The notes below the pieces were generated by a model. The model saw only the letters and a list, made by a program, of their open reading frames with translations. It did not search any database and was not told the DNA's origin. A DNA stretch of 64,000 nucleotides from an uncultured Clostridia bacterium (GTDB lineage: Bacteria > Bacillota > Clostridia > Christensenellales > Borkfalkiaceae). Position numbers and translations under genes: made by a program. The DNA lies in the NCBI GenBank assembly GCA_947625605.1, contig CANQOY010000005.1, positions 3,206 through 67,205 on the forward strand, given 5' to 3'. Positions 8,878 through 17,422 of this stretch are shown one piece after another; the stretch's first letter is position 1, and each line of letters opens with the position of its first letter.

Positions 8878-9599
8878 CAGCTCCAAGCAAGGCCGTTTTC
8901 TCCGAGGGAGTAGTTGGTGATCAGGCGGTCGTTGTCATAGAACATGACGCGCACGACGCCGTCCCCGTCCGTAAAGCCGAGGGGCGTGTTGGTGCGCACA
9001 GTCTCCCCCTCCGCGGCGTAGACGGTATCCAGCCCGCTGATGACGGTGGTGAAGGAATCGGAGTGACGGAGCAGGACGGAGTAGCCCTCCTCGGCGCTGC
9101 CCGTGACGCGCTCCAACGCTCCCGCGCACGGCGCATAGACGGAGCACTCCGCCGTGAAGGACATGACGCCCGTCTCGGACACGGTGATGTCCACATCGTC
9201 GAACCCGTTCACGACAGGGCTGAGGGCGAAGTCGTTGTATGTGCGCGTATCCGCCGTGGACGCGCCGCGGAAGAGCCCGCGCACAAAGGTGTTGATCGCG
9301 CTGTTCGGGATGAAGAGATTGGTGAAGAAGATCGCGGCGCACAGAACGACCACGGCAATGAGTTCGCCCACGAGGACGCGCTTCGCCCACGAGGGACGCG
9401 GCTTCTTCACGGCCTCGCGCTCGATGGTCGTGCTCTCGGCATAGGCGGGATCGCCCGTCTGCATGCGCTCGTTGACCTGCTCCACGAGCTGATCGGAGAG
9501 GGCCTCTTCCCTCCCCTTTTTTTTCTTTTCTTTGCGTTTGACGGTCACCGTTTCCACGGGGATTTCGAGCATCTCGGCGTAGCTCAGTTCATCGTTCAT
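8877..9599 (-). CDS. SpoIVFA-like membrane protein with degenerate LytM/M23 domain
   Basis: Lys/Glu-rich N-terminus, one TM, LytM-like C-terminus. Lies directly upstream of and overlapping the M50 protease, as in spoIVFA-spoIVFB. SD GAGGTGA. Confidence 0.6.
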   Translation of the reverse strand: MNDELSYAEMLEIPVETVTVKRKEKKKKGREEALSDQLVEQVNERMQTGDPAYAESTTIEREAVKKPRPSWAKRVLVGELIAVVVLCAAIFFTNLFIPNSAINTFVRGLFRGASTADTRTYNDFALSPVVNGFDDVDITVSETGVMSFTAECSVYAPCAGALERVTGSAEEGYSVLLRHSDSFTTVISGLDTVYAAEGETVRTNTPLGFTDGDGVVRVMFYDNDRLITNYSLGENGLAWS

Positions 9600-9797
9600 A
9601 CGTCACCTCTTGAAATGATTTTTCGCTTCGCCCGCGGATCGGCCTTCCCTCCTCGGGCAATCATAATGTATGCGGAAAATTCCGCCGATAGAAGAAAAAT
9701 TCCCTGTCGAATCGGCGGGAAAGAGAAAGATTTTTCATCGGAAAGAGGGAAACCGCGGGGGCCTTCCGCCGCGCCTTCGCGCAAAAGACGGAAATAT

Positions 9798-9826
9798 TTG
9801 ACATTCTCCCCGATTTGCCCTATACT
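9798..9826 (+). promoter_or_regulatory. sigma-70-type promoter of the cysteine desulfurase gene (leaderless)
   Basis: TTGACA 9798-9803, 17-nt spacer, TATACT 9821-9826, ATG at 9833. Confidence 0.65.
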
Positions 9827-9832
9827 GTAAGT

Positions 9833-10924
9833 ATGAACGTCTATCTCGATTACGCGGCGACCGCGCCGCTGCTCCCCGAAGTTTTCGAGGAAATGAAGCC
9901 GCTGCTTGCGGAACACTTCGGCAACCCGGACTCCGCGCACGCCTACGGGCGGAAGGCGGCGGCCTATCTTACGGACGCGCGCGACCGCATCGCGCGGGTG
10001 CTCGGCGTATCCCCCGCCGAGGTGTTTTTCACCGCGGGCGGGACGGAGGCGGACAACTGGGCCGTGCGCTGCCTCGGCGAGGGGGACCTGATCGTCTCCC
10101 CCATCGAACACGCGGCCGTTCTCTCCGCGGCGCAGCAGCGAGCAAGCAGGGTCTTTTCCTGCGGCGTCGGCTGGGACGGCGTCGTCACAAAGGCGCATTT
10201 GGGGCGTACCATGTCCGAGGGTGTGGGGTTAGTTGCGGTCATGGCCGTCAACAACGAGACGGGGTGCGTCCAACCCGTCCGCGAGCTCGCACGGGCCACC
10301 CATGCCTGCGGTGCGCTCTTCTTTTCGGACTGCGTACAGGCCGCCTGCACACAGGACCTCAAAGACATCGCGCGGGAGGCGGACGCGATTTCGCTCTCGG
10401 CGCACAAGCTCGGCGGACCCAAGGGCGTGGGGGCGCTCGTCGTCAAAAAGGGCGTACGCATCCGTCCGCTGCTCTTCGGGGGGGAACAGGAGCGCGGGCT
10501 GCGCGGGGGCACCGTCAACGTGGCGGGGGCCGTCGGCTTTGCAAAAGCGCTCGAACTCGCCGCAGAGCGCCGCGAAGCGTTCTGCCGCCATGCGGGCGCG
10601 CTTCGCGATCTGTTTGAACGCAAGATCCTCTCCGCGCTCGGGGAGGACGTCGAGACCGACGGGGAAAACCGCGCGCCCAACCTCTCGCATCTGACGTTCC
10701 GCAGGGGGAGCGCGGCGCTTTTGGACCGCCTCGACCTCCAAGGCGTTGCGGCCTCGGGCGGGGCGGCCTGCTCGGCGCACGCGGCCCTCCCCTCCCATGT
10801 GATGCTTGCGATGGGGCGCTCGGAGCGCGAGGCAGGGCAGGGGATCCGCTTCTCTTTCGGCCCCTCCACCACGGAAGAGGAAGTCCTCTTCGCCGCAGAC
10901 GCCGTCATCGGCTGCCTGCAATGA
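9833..10924 (+). CDS. cysteine desulfurase (class V aminotransferase, NifS/IscS-like)
   Basis: DYAATAP N-terminus, PLP-lysine motif SAHKLGGPKG, active-site loop SGGAACS. ATG 9833 lies 6 nt after TTGACA-17-TATACT (9798-9826), a leaderless-type start. Confidence 0.85.
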   Translation: MNVYLDYAATAPLLPEVFEEMKPLLAEHFGNPDSAHAYGRKAAAYLTDARDRIARVLGVSPAEVFFTAGGTEADNWAVRCLGEGDLIVSPIEHAAVLSAAQQRASRVFSCGVGWDGVVTKAHLGRTMSEGVGLVAVMAVNNETGCVQPVRELARATHACGALFFSDCVQAACTQDLKDIAREADAISLSAHKLGGPKGVGALVVKKGVRIRPLLFGGEQERGLRGGTVNVAGAVGFAKALELAAERREAFCRHAGALRDLFERKILSALGEDVETDGENRAPNLSHLTFRRGSAALLDRLDLQGVAASGGAACSAHAALPSHVMLAMGRSEREAGQGIRFSFGPSTTEEEVLFAADAVIGCLQ

Positions 10925-11008
10925 TCTTGCAAAATTTCGTTGATTTTTTCCCTTGTGCGTCACAAATGCAGGGTTTGAAACGTTTTATAGGCGTAAACTG
11001 CTTCCGCC

Positions 11009-11458
11009 ATGGCAAGAGATGAGATCGAGAACATCGTAGAGGCTTACGGCGATATGATCTATCGCCTCGCCCTGCACTATGTAAAGAGCGATTTCGACGC
11101 GGAGGACGTCGTTCAGGAAGTCCTCCTCTCTTTTTGCATGCGGAAGATCCCCGAGGACAGGCAGAAGGCGTGGCTTCTCCGCGTCACCGTCAACAAGAGT
11201 CTCGACCTCCTCCGCAAGCGCAGGCGGCAGGTCCCGCTCGAATGCGAGCCGCGGGAGGATCCGGCGGAGAAGATCTCCCTCTCCGAAGAGCTGGAAGCGC
11301 TCTCCCCCACCGACCGTGAACTCGTGTATCTGCACTTCTTCGAGGGCTATTCCTCCAAGGAGATCGCAAAACTCGTGCGGATGACCGACGCCGCCGTGCG
11401 CAAACGCCTCGAACGGGCGAGAAAAAAACTCAAAGGCATTTTGGAGACGCAATCATGA
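11009..11458 (+). CDS. ECF-type RNA polymerase sigma-70 factor
   Basis: Region 2 (DAEDVVQEVLL) and region 4 HTH (SSKEIAKLVRMTDAAVRKRLERARKKL). Confidence 0.85.
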   Translation: MARDEIENIVEAYGDMIYRLALHYVKSDFDAEDVVQEVLLSFCMRKIPEDRQKAWLLRVTVNKSLDLLRKRRRQVPLECEPREDPAEKISLSEELEALSPTDRELVYLHFFEGYSSKEIAKLVRMTDAAVRKRLERARKKLKGILETQS

Positions 11459-12294
11459 AATATCGGGAAGAAGTGGAAAAATTGTCGCTCGACGGCGCAC
11501 AGCGGGAGCGCATCGCCGCCGCCCTCAGGGAGCGGCGCGCGGCAGGGCGCGCCGAACAGGCCCGCGTCCGCAAGCGCGCGCTCGCAGCCGCCTCCCTCTC
11601 CGCGGCGCTCGCCCTCATCGTCGCAGCGCCCATCGGGATACGGTACGGCCTCAAAAGCGCGACCGCGAAAGATCAATCCGCAGGCGGGCCTTCCGTGGAG
11701 GACCCGAACGGAACCCAGACCCCGGGAGGGGAAAAAGATCCCGATTCGGGCAGCACCGGAACGGACCCCGAGCCGCCGGACGGAGAGATCACCCCGCCCG
11801 AACTGATCGAGGGCGTTGACGGGAGGATCGTCGATTGCAAGCCCATGTACGCGGCGGACGAGACGATTTTCATCCGTTACCGCGCCGTGGCGGGCACCCC
11901 GCTCACCGAAACGAAAGTGGAAAACGGCTTCTCCGTCGTCTCCTGCACGCTGATCTCTTCGGCCGAAAAGCGCCCGCGGACGGAATACACCTATCAAATC
12001 CAACTGAAAGCGGCGGAAGCGGGCGAACACCTCTCGGGCGGCGTGCGCTTCGAGACGGAGGATGGCAACCCCGCCGCCTGCATCCTCTACGGCTACCGCC
12101 CCGCGGAGGGCCCCCACGCGGACGGGACGATCTACACGAGCACGGTCTCGCAAGACGACGCATTCGGGGCCTATCTCCGCTTTTTGGTGGGGCTGGGAGA
12201 GATCACGGACGACGAGTATCACGATCGGCTCTCCGAATATTGGCGCGAGAGCGGCGCCGTGCGGGAAAAGATCGAAGTGATGCAGGCGCATTAA
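11455..12294 (+). CDS. putative anti-sigma factor / single-pass membrane protein
   Basis: ATGA overlap with the sigma gene, one TM (AAASLSAALALIVAAPIGI), extracytoplasmic C-domain. No zinc-binding anti-sigma motif seen. Confidence 0.5.
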   Translation: MKYREEVEKLSLDGAQRERIAAALRERRAAGRAEQARVRKRALAAASLSAALALIVAAPIGIRYGLKSATAKDQSAGGPSVEDPNGTQTPGGEKDPDSGSTGTDPEPPDGEITPPELIEGVDGRIVDCKPMYAADETIFIRYRAVAGTPLTETKVENGFSVVSCTLISSAEKRPRTEYTYQIQLKAAEAGEHLSGGVRFETEDGNPAACILYGYRPAEGPHADGTIYTSTVSQDDAFGAYLRFLVGLGEITDDEYHDRLSEYWRESGAVREKIEVMQAH

Positions 12295-12530
12295 AGGGGG
12301 AGACCGCTCTTGTCATTCCGAATGAAGAGCGCCACCCCTTCCGTCACTCGCGCTGCTCGTGCCACCCACCCCTCAATGGGTGGGCAAGGAAAGACCGATT
12401 CTCGGCGCACCCTTGAGGGGGAGCTCCGCCGCAGGCGGTGAGGGGGTGTCATCCCAAATGAAGAGTGCCACCCCTTCCGTCACTCGCGTTGCTCGTGCCA
12501 CCCACCCCTCAAGGGGTGGGCAAGGGAACC
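12293..12530. repeat. two tandem empty units of the arm-pair repeat
   Basis: Unit 1 is 12311-12390 (left arm truncated). Unit 2 is 12404-12527 and has the same arms as the DUF559 element joined by a 14-nt linker. Confidence 0.8.
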
Positions 12531-12580
12531 CCCATTTTTCCCGTCATTCTGCCCGCCTTGTGGCTCATCAGAACAAATCA

Positions 12581-12606
12581 GGCCTATCCATGTCCGCGGA
12601 TAGGCC
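12581..12606. terminator. hairpin terminator at the 3' end of the kinase gene
   Basis: GGCCTATCC-8 nt-GGATAGGCC with T-rich flanks on both strands. Confidence 0.6.
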
Positions 12607-12629
12607 CTCATTTTGCATTTTGTAGAGTG

Positions 12630-13370
12630 TTACGTCCAATCGCAGACGTTCACCCATTTGGCGAGGAATTCCTGTTCCTCGGGCTTCTTCTTCACCGACT
12701 GCGACGCCGCGACGATGGGCAGAATGCGCTGGACATACTGCACGGCCGTGTCCGTCTTGGCGCAGTAGAGTTTGAGGTATTTCTCCGCGAGCTCGTCTTT
12801 GCCTTGAAGTTTGAAGATGAGATAGGTCCGCGCCGCATCCGCCGAGCCGTTGCCCTGCGTAGCGTGCGACCAGTCGATGATGTAGGGCGTGCCGTCCTTG
12901 GTGATGACGACGTTGCTCGGCTGGAAGTCTCCGTGGCAGAGCTTCTTGTGGCGGGGAAGCCCGTCGAGGCGGACGTGCAGGTCGTAGCGGACGGTCGCGG
13001 GGAAGGCGCTCGCCGAGATCTTCGCGTGCATCTTGTCCCTGAGGTGTCCCAAGAGGGGCACCTTTTCCTTGCTCATGCGGATCTGCAAATCGACAAAGAA
13101 TTCGAGATATTCGTCCGTCTTTTCGGGATGCTTCTGCATGAGCTCTTCGAGCGTATCTCCCTCGATGAGCTCGCGGACGATCGACCACTTCCCGTCGATG
13201 ACGGACACGCTGAGGATCTTGGGCACGTTGAGCGAGGTCTCCTCCACGCGTGCCGAATTGAGGGCTTCGTTGAGAATGTCCGCCTTGGAGTAGGTCTCGT
13301 CAAAGGACTTGATGAGGCGGTTTCCGTCGCGGTACAGCTTCTTGCCGACGCTTTCGTGAATGAGTTTCAT
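12630..13370 (-). CDS. phosphotransferase-family kinase (APH/choline-kinase fold)
   Basis: Catalytic-loop motif HGDFQPSNVVI followed by IIDWSH. SD AGGAGGAAG. Confidence 0.75.
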   Translation of the reverse strand: MKLIHESVGKKLYRDGNRLIKSFDETYSKADILNEALNSARVEETSLNVPKILSVSVIDGKWSIVRELIEGDTLEELMQKHPEKTDEYLEFFVDLQIRMSKEKVPLLGHLRDKMHAKISASAFPATVRYDLHVRLDGLPRHKKLCHGDFQPSNVVITKDGTPYIIDWSHATQGNGSADAARTYLIFKLQGKDELAEKYLKLYCAKTDTAVQYVQRILPIVAASQSVKKKPEEQEFLAKWVNVCDWT

Positions 13371-13572
13371 GCTTCCTCCTGTTCGCGCGGGGCGCCCCGC
13401 GATCCTGTTCCCCGTTATTATATCCTAAAATCGTCCGCTCGACAATCCCTTTTGCGAAAATTCTTCCGCAGAATTTGCCCTTCTTTTGCCCCTTTTCCGC
13501 AAAAAACGGGGAAAAAGCGATCCCGCCCTGCGCGGACGGGACATGGTAGGCGCGGATGCGCGCTGCGGCGCG

Positions 13573-14451
13573 TCATGCGCCGAGGATGAGGCTGATGCAG
13601 CGGATGCGGCGGTCGAGTTCGGCAAGGCGCGCTCCGTCCGGCGTGGACGCGGCGTCCTCGTTTTCCCGCACGAGCTCGCGCGCGCACCAGAGCTTGCGCG
13701 CATAGACGATGAGGACGGCCAACACGCCTGCCGCGCACCCCGCAAACACGAGGGTGAAGATGAGCGGCAGATCGGTCCGCGTTCTCAAAAGGAAAGAGGA
13801 ACTCACGCCGCAGGCGATCGCACACAGCGCAAAGGCGACCAAAATGACGGCGAACCGCACCGCATAGTAGCGGAAATTCGCACGGAATGCCACGGCGCGC
13901 TCCCCCTGCTCTGCCGTATATTTCGCGCGCAGGGGCTCGGCTTCGGCGGAAAGTTTCTCGCGTTCGGCGCGCAGTCCCTCCCCCATGGCGGCAAGGAGGG
14001 GACGCCTTACGTCCTCCTCCGCGCGGGAAAATTCCTCCGCCACGCGCACGTCATAGAGCGGCTCCGCGTCCGTGAAGTTCTTGGTACGGGCGATCCAGAG
14101 CTTGGGGAGCACCCTGCCGCCGTCCACCTCATAGATGGCCGCCTGCTCGAACATGGGCTGCGCGGCGGCGTAATCCTCGCATGCGAGCAGACGCTCCCCC
14201 TCGGCGACGAGCCTCTCGTATTCGGCGCGCGCCTTTTCCTCCGCGCGGCGCCTCTCTTCGAGCTTTTCCCGAAGCCGTTCGGGAGGCAGGCCGGCAAATT
14301 CGTCCCCCAGCCCCTCGGGGATCTCGATGCAGATCTCCTCCTCTTCCTCCGCGGGAGCGTCCTCGCGGCCGTCGTCCTCCACGGCGTCCGTCTCTTCGCC
14401 CATCTTTTTGAGCTTGATCTGACGTTCCCTGTCGATGATCCTCTCTTCCAT
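13573..14451 (-). CDS. hypothetical membrane protein (acidic coiled-coil N-terminus, 3 C-terminal TM)
   Basis: ATG 14451 with SD AAGGAGA. Coding-like composition downstream only. The upstream part of ORF 13573..14880 is Arg/Gly-rich. Confidence 0.55.
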   Translation of the reverse strand: MEERIIDRERQIKLKKMGEETDAVEDDGREDAPAEEEEEICIEIPEGLGDEFAGLPPERLREKLEERRRAEEKARAEYERLVAEGERLLACEDYAAAQPMFEQAAIYEVDGGRVLPKLWIARTKNFTDAEPLYDVRVAEEFSRAEEDVRRPLLAAMGEGLRAEREKLSAEAEPLRAKYTAEQGERAVAFRANFRYYAVRFAVILVAFALCAIACGVSSSFLLRTRTDLPLIFTLVFAGCAAGVLAVLIVYARKLWCARELVRENEDAASTPDGARLAELDRRIRCISLILGA

Positions 14452-14486
14452 GCTTTCTCCTTTTGGTACGTTTTTTCGCCCGCGCG

Positions 14487-15401
14487 CTATGCCTGCTCCC
14501 CGTCCCCGAGCGAAAAGGGGCTCGCGACCGTGCGGGGGGCGCGCGGATCCGCGCTCCTCGTCACGAGCGTGCGGCACGGGCCGCGGTATCGGCTCTTTGC
14601 CCACTCGCAGAGCTCGCGCGATTCGAAGCAGGCGAACGCCGCGGCGCCCGATCCCGTCATGGAACTGCCGAGGGGCGAAAACCCCGCGGCCGCACTGCAA
14701 GCCTCCCGCACGGCGGGTTCGATTTCGCAGGCGGCGGGGTAGAGATCGTTGCCGAAGAGCCGCGCCGCCCAGCCCACGTTGCCGCCTTGCAGGGCGCGCG
14801 CCGCCTCCCCCGTGCGGTTCGAGCCCGTTCCCGCCATCTCGTCGAAGCGGGCGTAGCAGGCCTGCGTGGAGACGCGCCACTCGGGCAGAAACAGGAGGAA
14901 GTGCATAGGCACGAAGGGCAGGGGTTCCACCTGCTCCCCTCTGCCGCGAATGCGTGCAAGTCCCCCCGTAAGGAGGTAGCCCGCGTCACTGCCCAAACCG
15001 TCTGCAAGGGCCTTCATGGCGCCCATGTCCGTGACGTCATACAGCCTACCCATGCCCGCGATCACGCCCGCAATATCCGCGGACGAGCCACCCATGCCCG
15101 AGGCAAGGGGGATATTTTTGTAGATCGTGATATCCGCGCCGCGGGAGGAAAACGCCTGCACGAAGGCGTCGCCCGCGCGCTGTGCGTTGTTGTTTTCGGG
15201 AAAGATCTCCTCGCTCCCGAGCCCGCGCATCGTCACGCGGACGAGCCCGTCTTTCCGCCGCTTCAACACGATGCGGTCAAAGACGTCTACGGTGGTGACG
15301 AGGGAATCGAGCATGTGGTATCCGCCCTGCTTCCCCTTGATGTCGAGCGTGAGATTGAGCTTGGCGTACGCATTGATCCGAACCGTATTCACGGCTTTCA
15401 T
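14487..15401 (-). CDS. ispE: 4-diphosphocytidyl-2-C-methyl-D-erythritol kinase
   Basis: AYAKLNLTLDI N-terminus and GHMP-kinase motif PLASGMGGSSADIAG. Confidence 0.85.
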   Translation of the reverse strand: MKAVNTVRINAYAKLNLTLDIKGKQGGYHMLDSLVTTVDVFDRIVLKRRKDGLVRVTMRGLGSEEIFPENNNAQRAGDAFVQAFSSRGADITIYKNIPLASGMGGSSADIAGVIAGMGRLYDVTDMGAMKALADGLGSDAGYLLTGGLARIRGRGEQVEPLPFVPMHFLLFLPEWRVSTQACYARFDEMAGTGSNRTGEAARALQGGNVGWAARLFGNDLYPAACEIEPAVREACSAAAGFSPLGSSMTGSGAAAFACFESRELCEWAKSRYRGPCRTLVTRSADPRAPRTVASPFSLGDGEQA

Positions 15402-15480
15402 TTTAGCATGTTTTGCGCAGCTTTGCAAGGGATTTGAGGAAAAACCTTCCCCGCATGGGGGAAGGTTCGAAGTCATTGTA

Positions 15481-16962
15481 TCAACGCATCGCCGTTTTCT
15501 TTCGGTAGACGATGACGCGCTGCCCCTCGCGCACGGGGAATTCGATATCGGGATTGCTCGCCGAGACCTCCTCGGGCGACTTTTTCAGGCTCTTCGCGAG
15601 CTCCCAGAGCCCGTCGCCCGCGCGGGGGATATAGACGCTCACCGCGCTGTCGCTCTGCTGCAACGCCTCGCCCTCCTCCGCGCTCGAAACCAGCCGCGCC
15701 GTGACCGTCCGCTTCTCCTGTACCGTGATCTTCAAGGTGGCCTCCGCGTCGATCTCGCCCTCCTGCCGCTGCCGTGCCGACATGCCGCACACGAGCACCG
15801 AGATGTTCGCGTCCTGCGCGTCCAGCGGGACGGAGAAGGGAAGGCTGAGCTCTAACCCGCGGTGCGCGCCGTCCGAGCCGAGCACGAGCAAGGTAGCCAT
15901 GGCCACGCCCTCGACGCGTTTTCCGTCCTCGGCGGAGACGAGATTGGCCTCGGCGCGCTGCAACGTGACCGCCTGCAAGACGTCCGAGAAGGCGATCTCG
16001 GAGGAGAGCGCGCACTTGCCCGAAATGCGTTCGGTCACGCGGAACACGTCCCCCACGCCCCCGCTCTCCGCCGTCGAAAAGACGAGATCGGTCGCATGGG
16101 TCGGGGAGAAGGCGTCCGTTACGGCGTCCACCGCCGTCTCCTCATACACGCACCCCTCCGCCGCGAGGGAAAACTCCGCGATGATGGAGCACTTCCCCTT
16201 TTCCTCGTCCGTCTCCGCACGGATGGCGGTGTTGACGACGCTGACCCGCGCCTCCGCGCTGCACCCGAAGGAGGCCGCCTCGCAGGGCACGGCCATGGAG
16301 AAGGGCACGAGGCGCTCAAAGGAGACGAGGGCGCCGCTGTCCTTTAAGGCGAGTACGCACAGGTTGATCTCCCCCTCGATTTTGAGGGTGCCCGTCTCGC
16401 ACACGATCTCGCCGAGATTCACCGTTTCGGCGTGTTGGAGAATGTCGCCGAGCAGGTCGGTCTCGAACTCGTCCTCCGTCTCCGCCGCCCCCGAGACCAA
16501 GTGCGCGGTCAAGACCTTTACGGGTTCGCGGCGCATGATGAGATCGCCCCCGGAGAGGTACTCGAAAGTCTGTTCCCCGTACAGAGAAATGTCCGCGCCG
16601 AGGAGCGCCTGCACGTACACGCTCGCGCCCTCGCGCCTGACCGCAACGTTCTCCACGGAGACCGCCGCCCGCGCGGTGAGGGCGGGGAAGCAGAAGTCGT
16701 CCTTGCAGACGGAGGAGAACTCCACGCCCTTTTCCCCGCGGCAGACGCGCTTTTCCGCATCCTCATAGACGAGGGAAAAATGCGCCTTTCCGAAGTAGCG
16801 CACCTCGCCGTTTGCGACTTCCGCACCCGTCAGCACGGCGGCGCAGTGAACGGAGAGGACGGTCTCCACCTCGCCGCCGAAGCGGCATTCGACCGCCGTC
16901 TGGGCATTCAGTTCCTTCCTCTTTCCGTATCCGCGAAAGATTTGCGTCTCGGTTTTCATCAT
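15481..16962 (-). CDS. SPOCS/DUF3794-repeat protein with C-terminal LysM domain (spore-coat-assembly type)
   Basis: C-terminal LysM-like segment (VYIPRAGDGLWELAKSLKKSPEEVSASNP). Position between ispE and veg. ATG 16962 with SD GGGAG (the track start is a GTG 2 codons upstream). Confidence 0.65.
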   Translation of the reverse strand: MMKTETQIFRGYGKRKELNAQTAVECRFGGEVETVLSVHCAAVLTGAEVANGEVRYFGKAHFSLVYEDAEKRVCRGEKGVEFSSVCKDDFCFPALTARAAVSVENVAVRREGASVYVQALLGADISLYGEQTFEYLSGGDLIMRREPVKVLTAHLVSGAAETEDEFETDLLGDILQHAETVNLGEIVCETGTLKIEGEINLCVLALKDSGALVSFERLVPFSMAVPCEAASFGCSAEARVSVVNTAIRAETDEEKGKCSIIAEFSLAAEGCVYEETAVDAVTDAFSPTHATDLVFSTAESGGVGDVFRVTERISGKCALSSEIAFSDVLQAVTLQRAEANLVSAEDGKRVEGVAMATLLVLGSDGAHRGLELSLPFSVPLDAQDANISVLVCGMSARQRQEGEIDAEATLKITVQEKRTVTARLVSSAEEGEALQQSDSAVSVYIPRAGDGLWELAKSLKKSPEEVSASNPDIEFPVREGQRVIVYRKKTAMR

Positions 16963-17087
16963 AAACACACTCCCGATTTTTGGATTCCTTTCATCGTATG
17001 CGGGGAAACGGGAAATTATGCGGGGGAAAGCGCGGGAAGTTTTGTCGAAGCGCGGCGAGCGCGGGCGAAGGGGCGGGAGGTATAAAA

Positions 17088-17366
17088 ATGGAAGAAAGCG
17101 GCAACAATTCCGGCATGATCAAGCCCAAACATGACATTGCCCACATCAAGCAGACGATCGCGGATTCCTTTCAAAAGCAGGTCAACGTGACCGTCAATTT
17201 AGGCAGAAACAAGGTCGTCAAGTTCTGCGGGGAGCTCTCGGGGGTATACCCCGCCCTCTTCACCGTCCGCCCCAACGACAAGAACTTTTTGGGCAAGACG
17301 TCTTACTCCTATGCGGAAGTGCTCTGCGGGAGCGTAAAGGTCAAGCCCATCGATCAGGCAAAGTAA
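17088..17366 (+). CDS. veg: Veg protein
   Basis: IKQTIADSFQKQVNVTVNLGRNKVVKFCGELSGVYPALFTV matches the Veg family. SD GGGAGG. Confidence 0.85.
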   Translation: MEESGNNSGMIKPKHDIAHIKQTIADSFQKQVNVTVNLGRNKVVKFCGELSGVYPALFTVRPNDKNFLGKTSYSYAEVLCGSVKVKPIDQAK

Positions 17367-17370
17367 AAAA

Positions 17371-17399
17371 GGCGCCGCGGAAGAGAGTTCCGCGGCGCC
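17371..17399. terminator. bidirectional terminator between veg and gyrA
   Basis: GGCGCCGCGGA-loop-TCCGCGGCGCC with an upstream A-run and a downstream T-run. Confidence 0.8.
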
Positions 17400-17422
17400 T
17401 CGGCGTTTTTGCCGTTTTTCTG

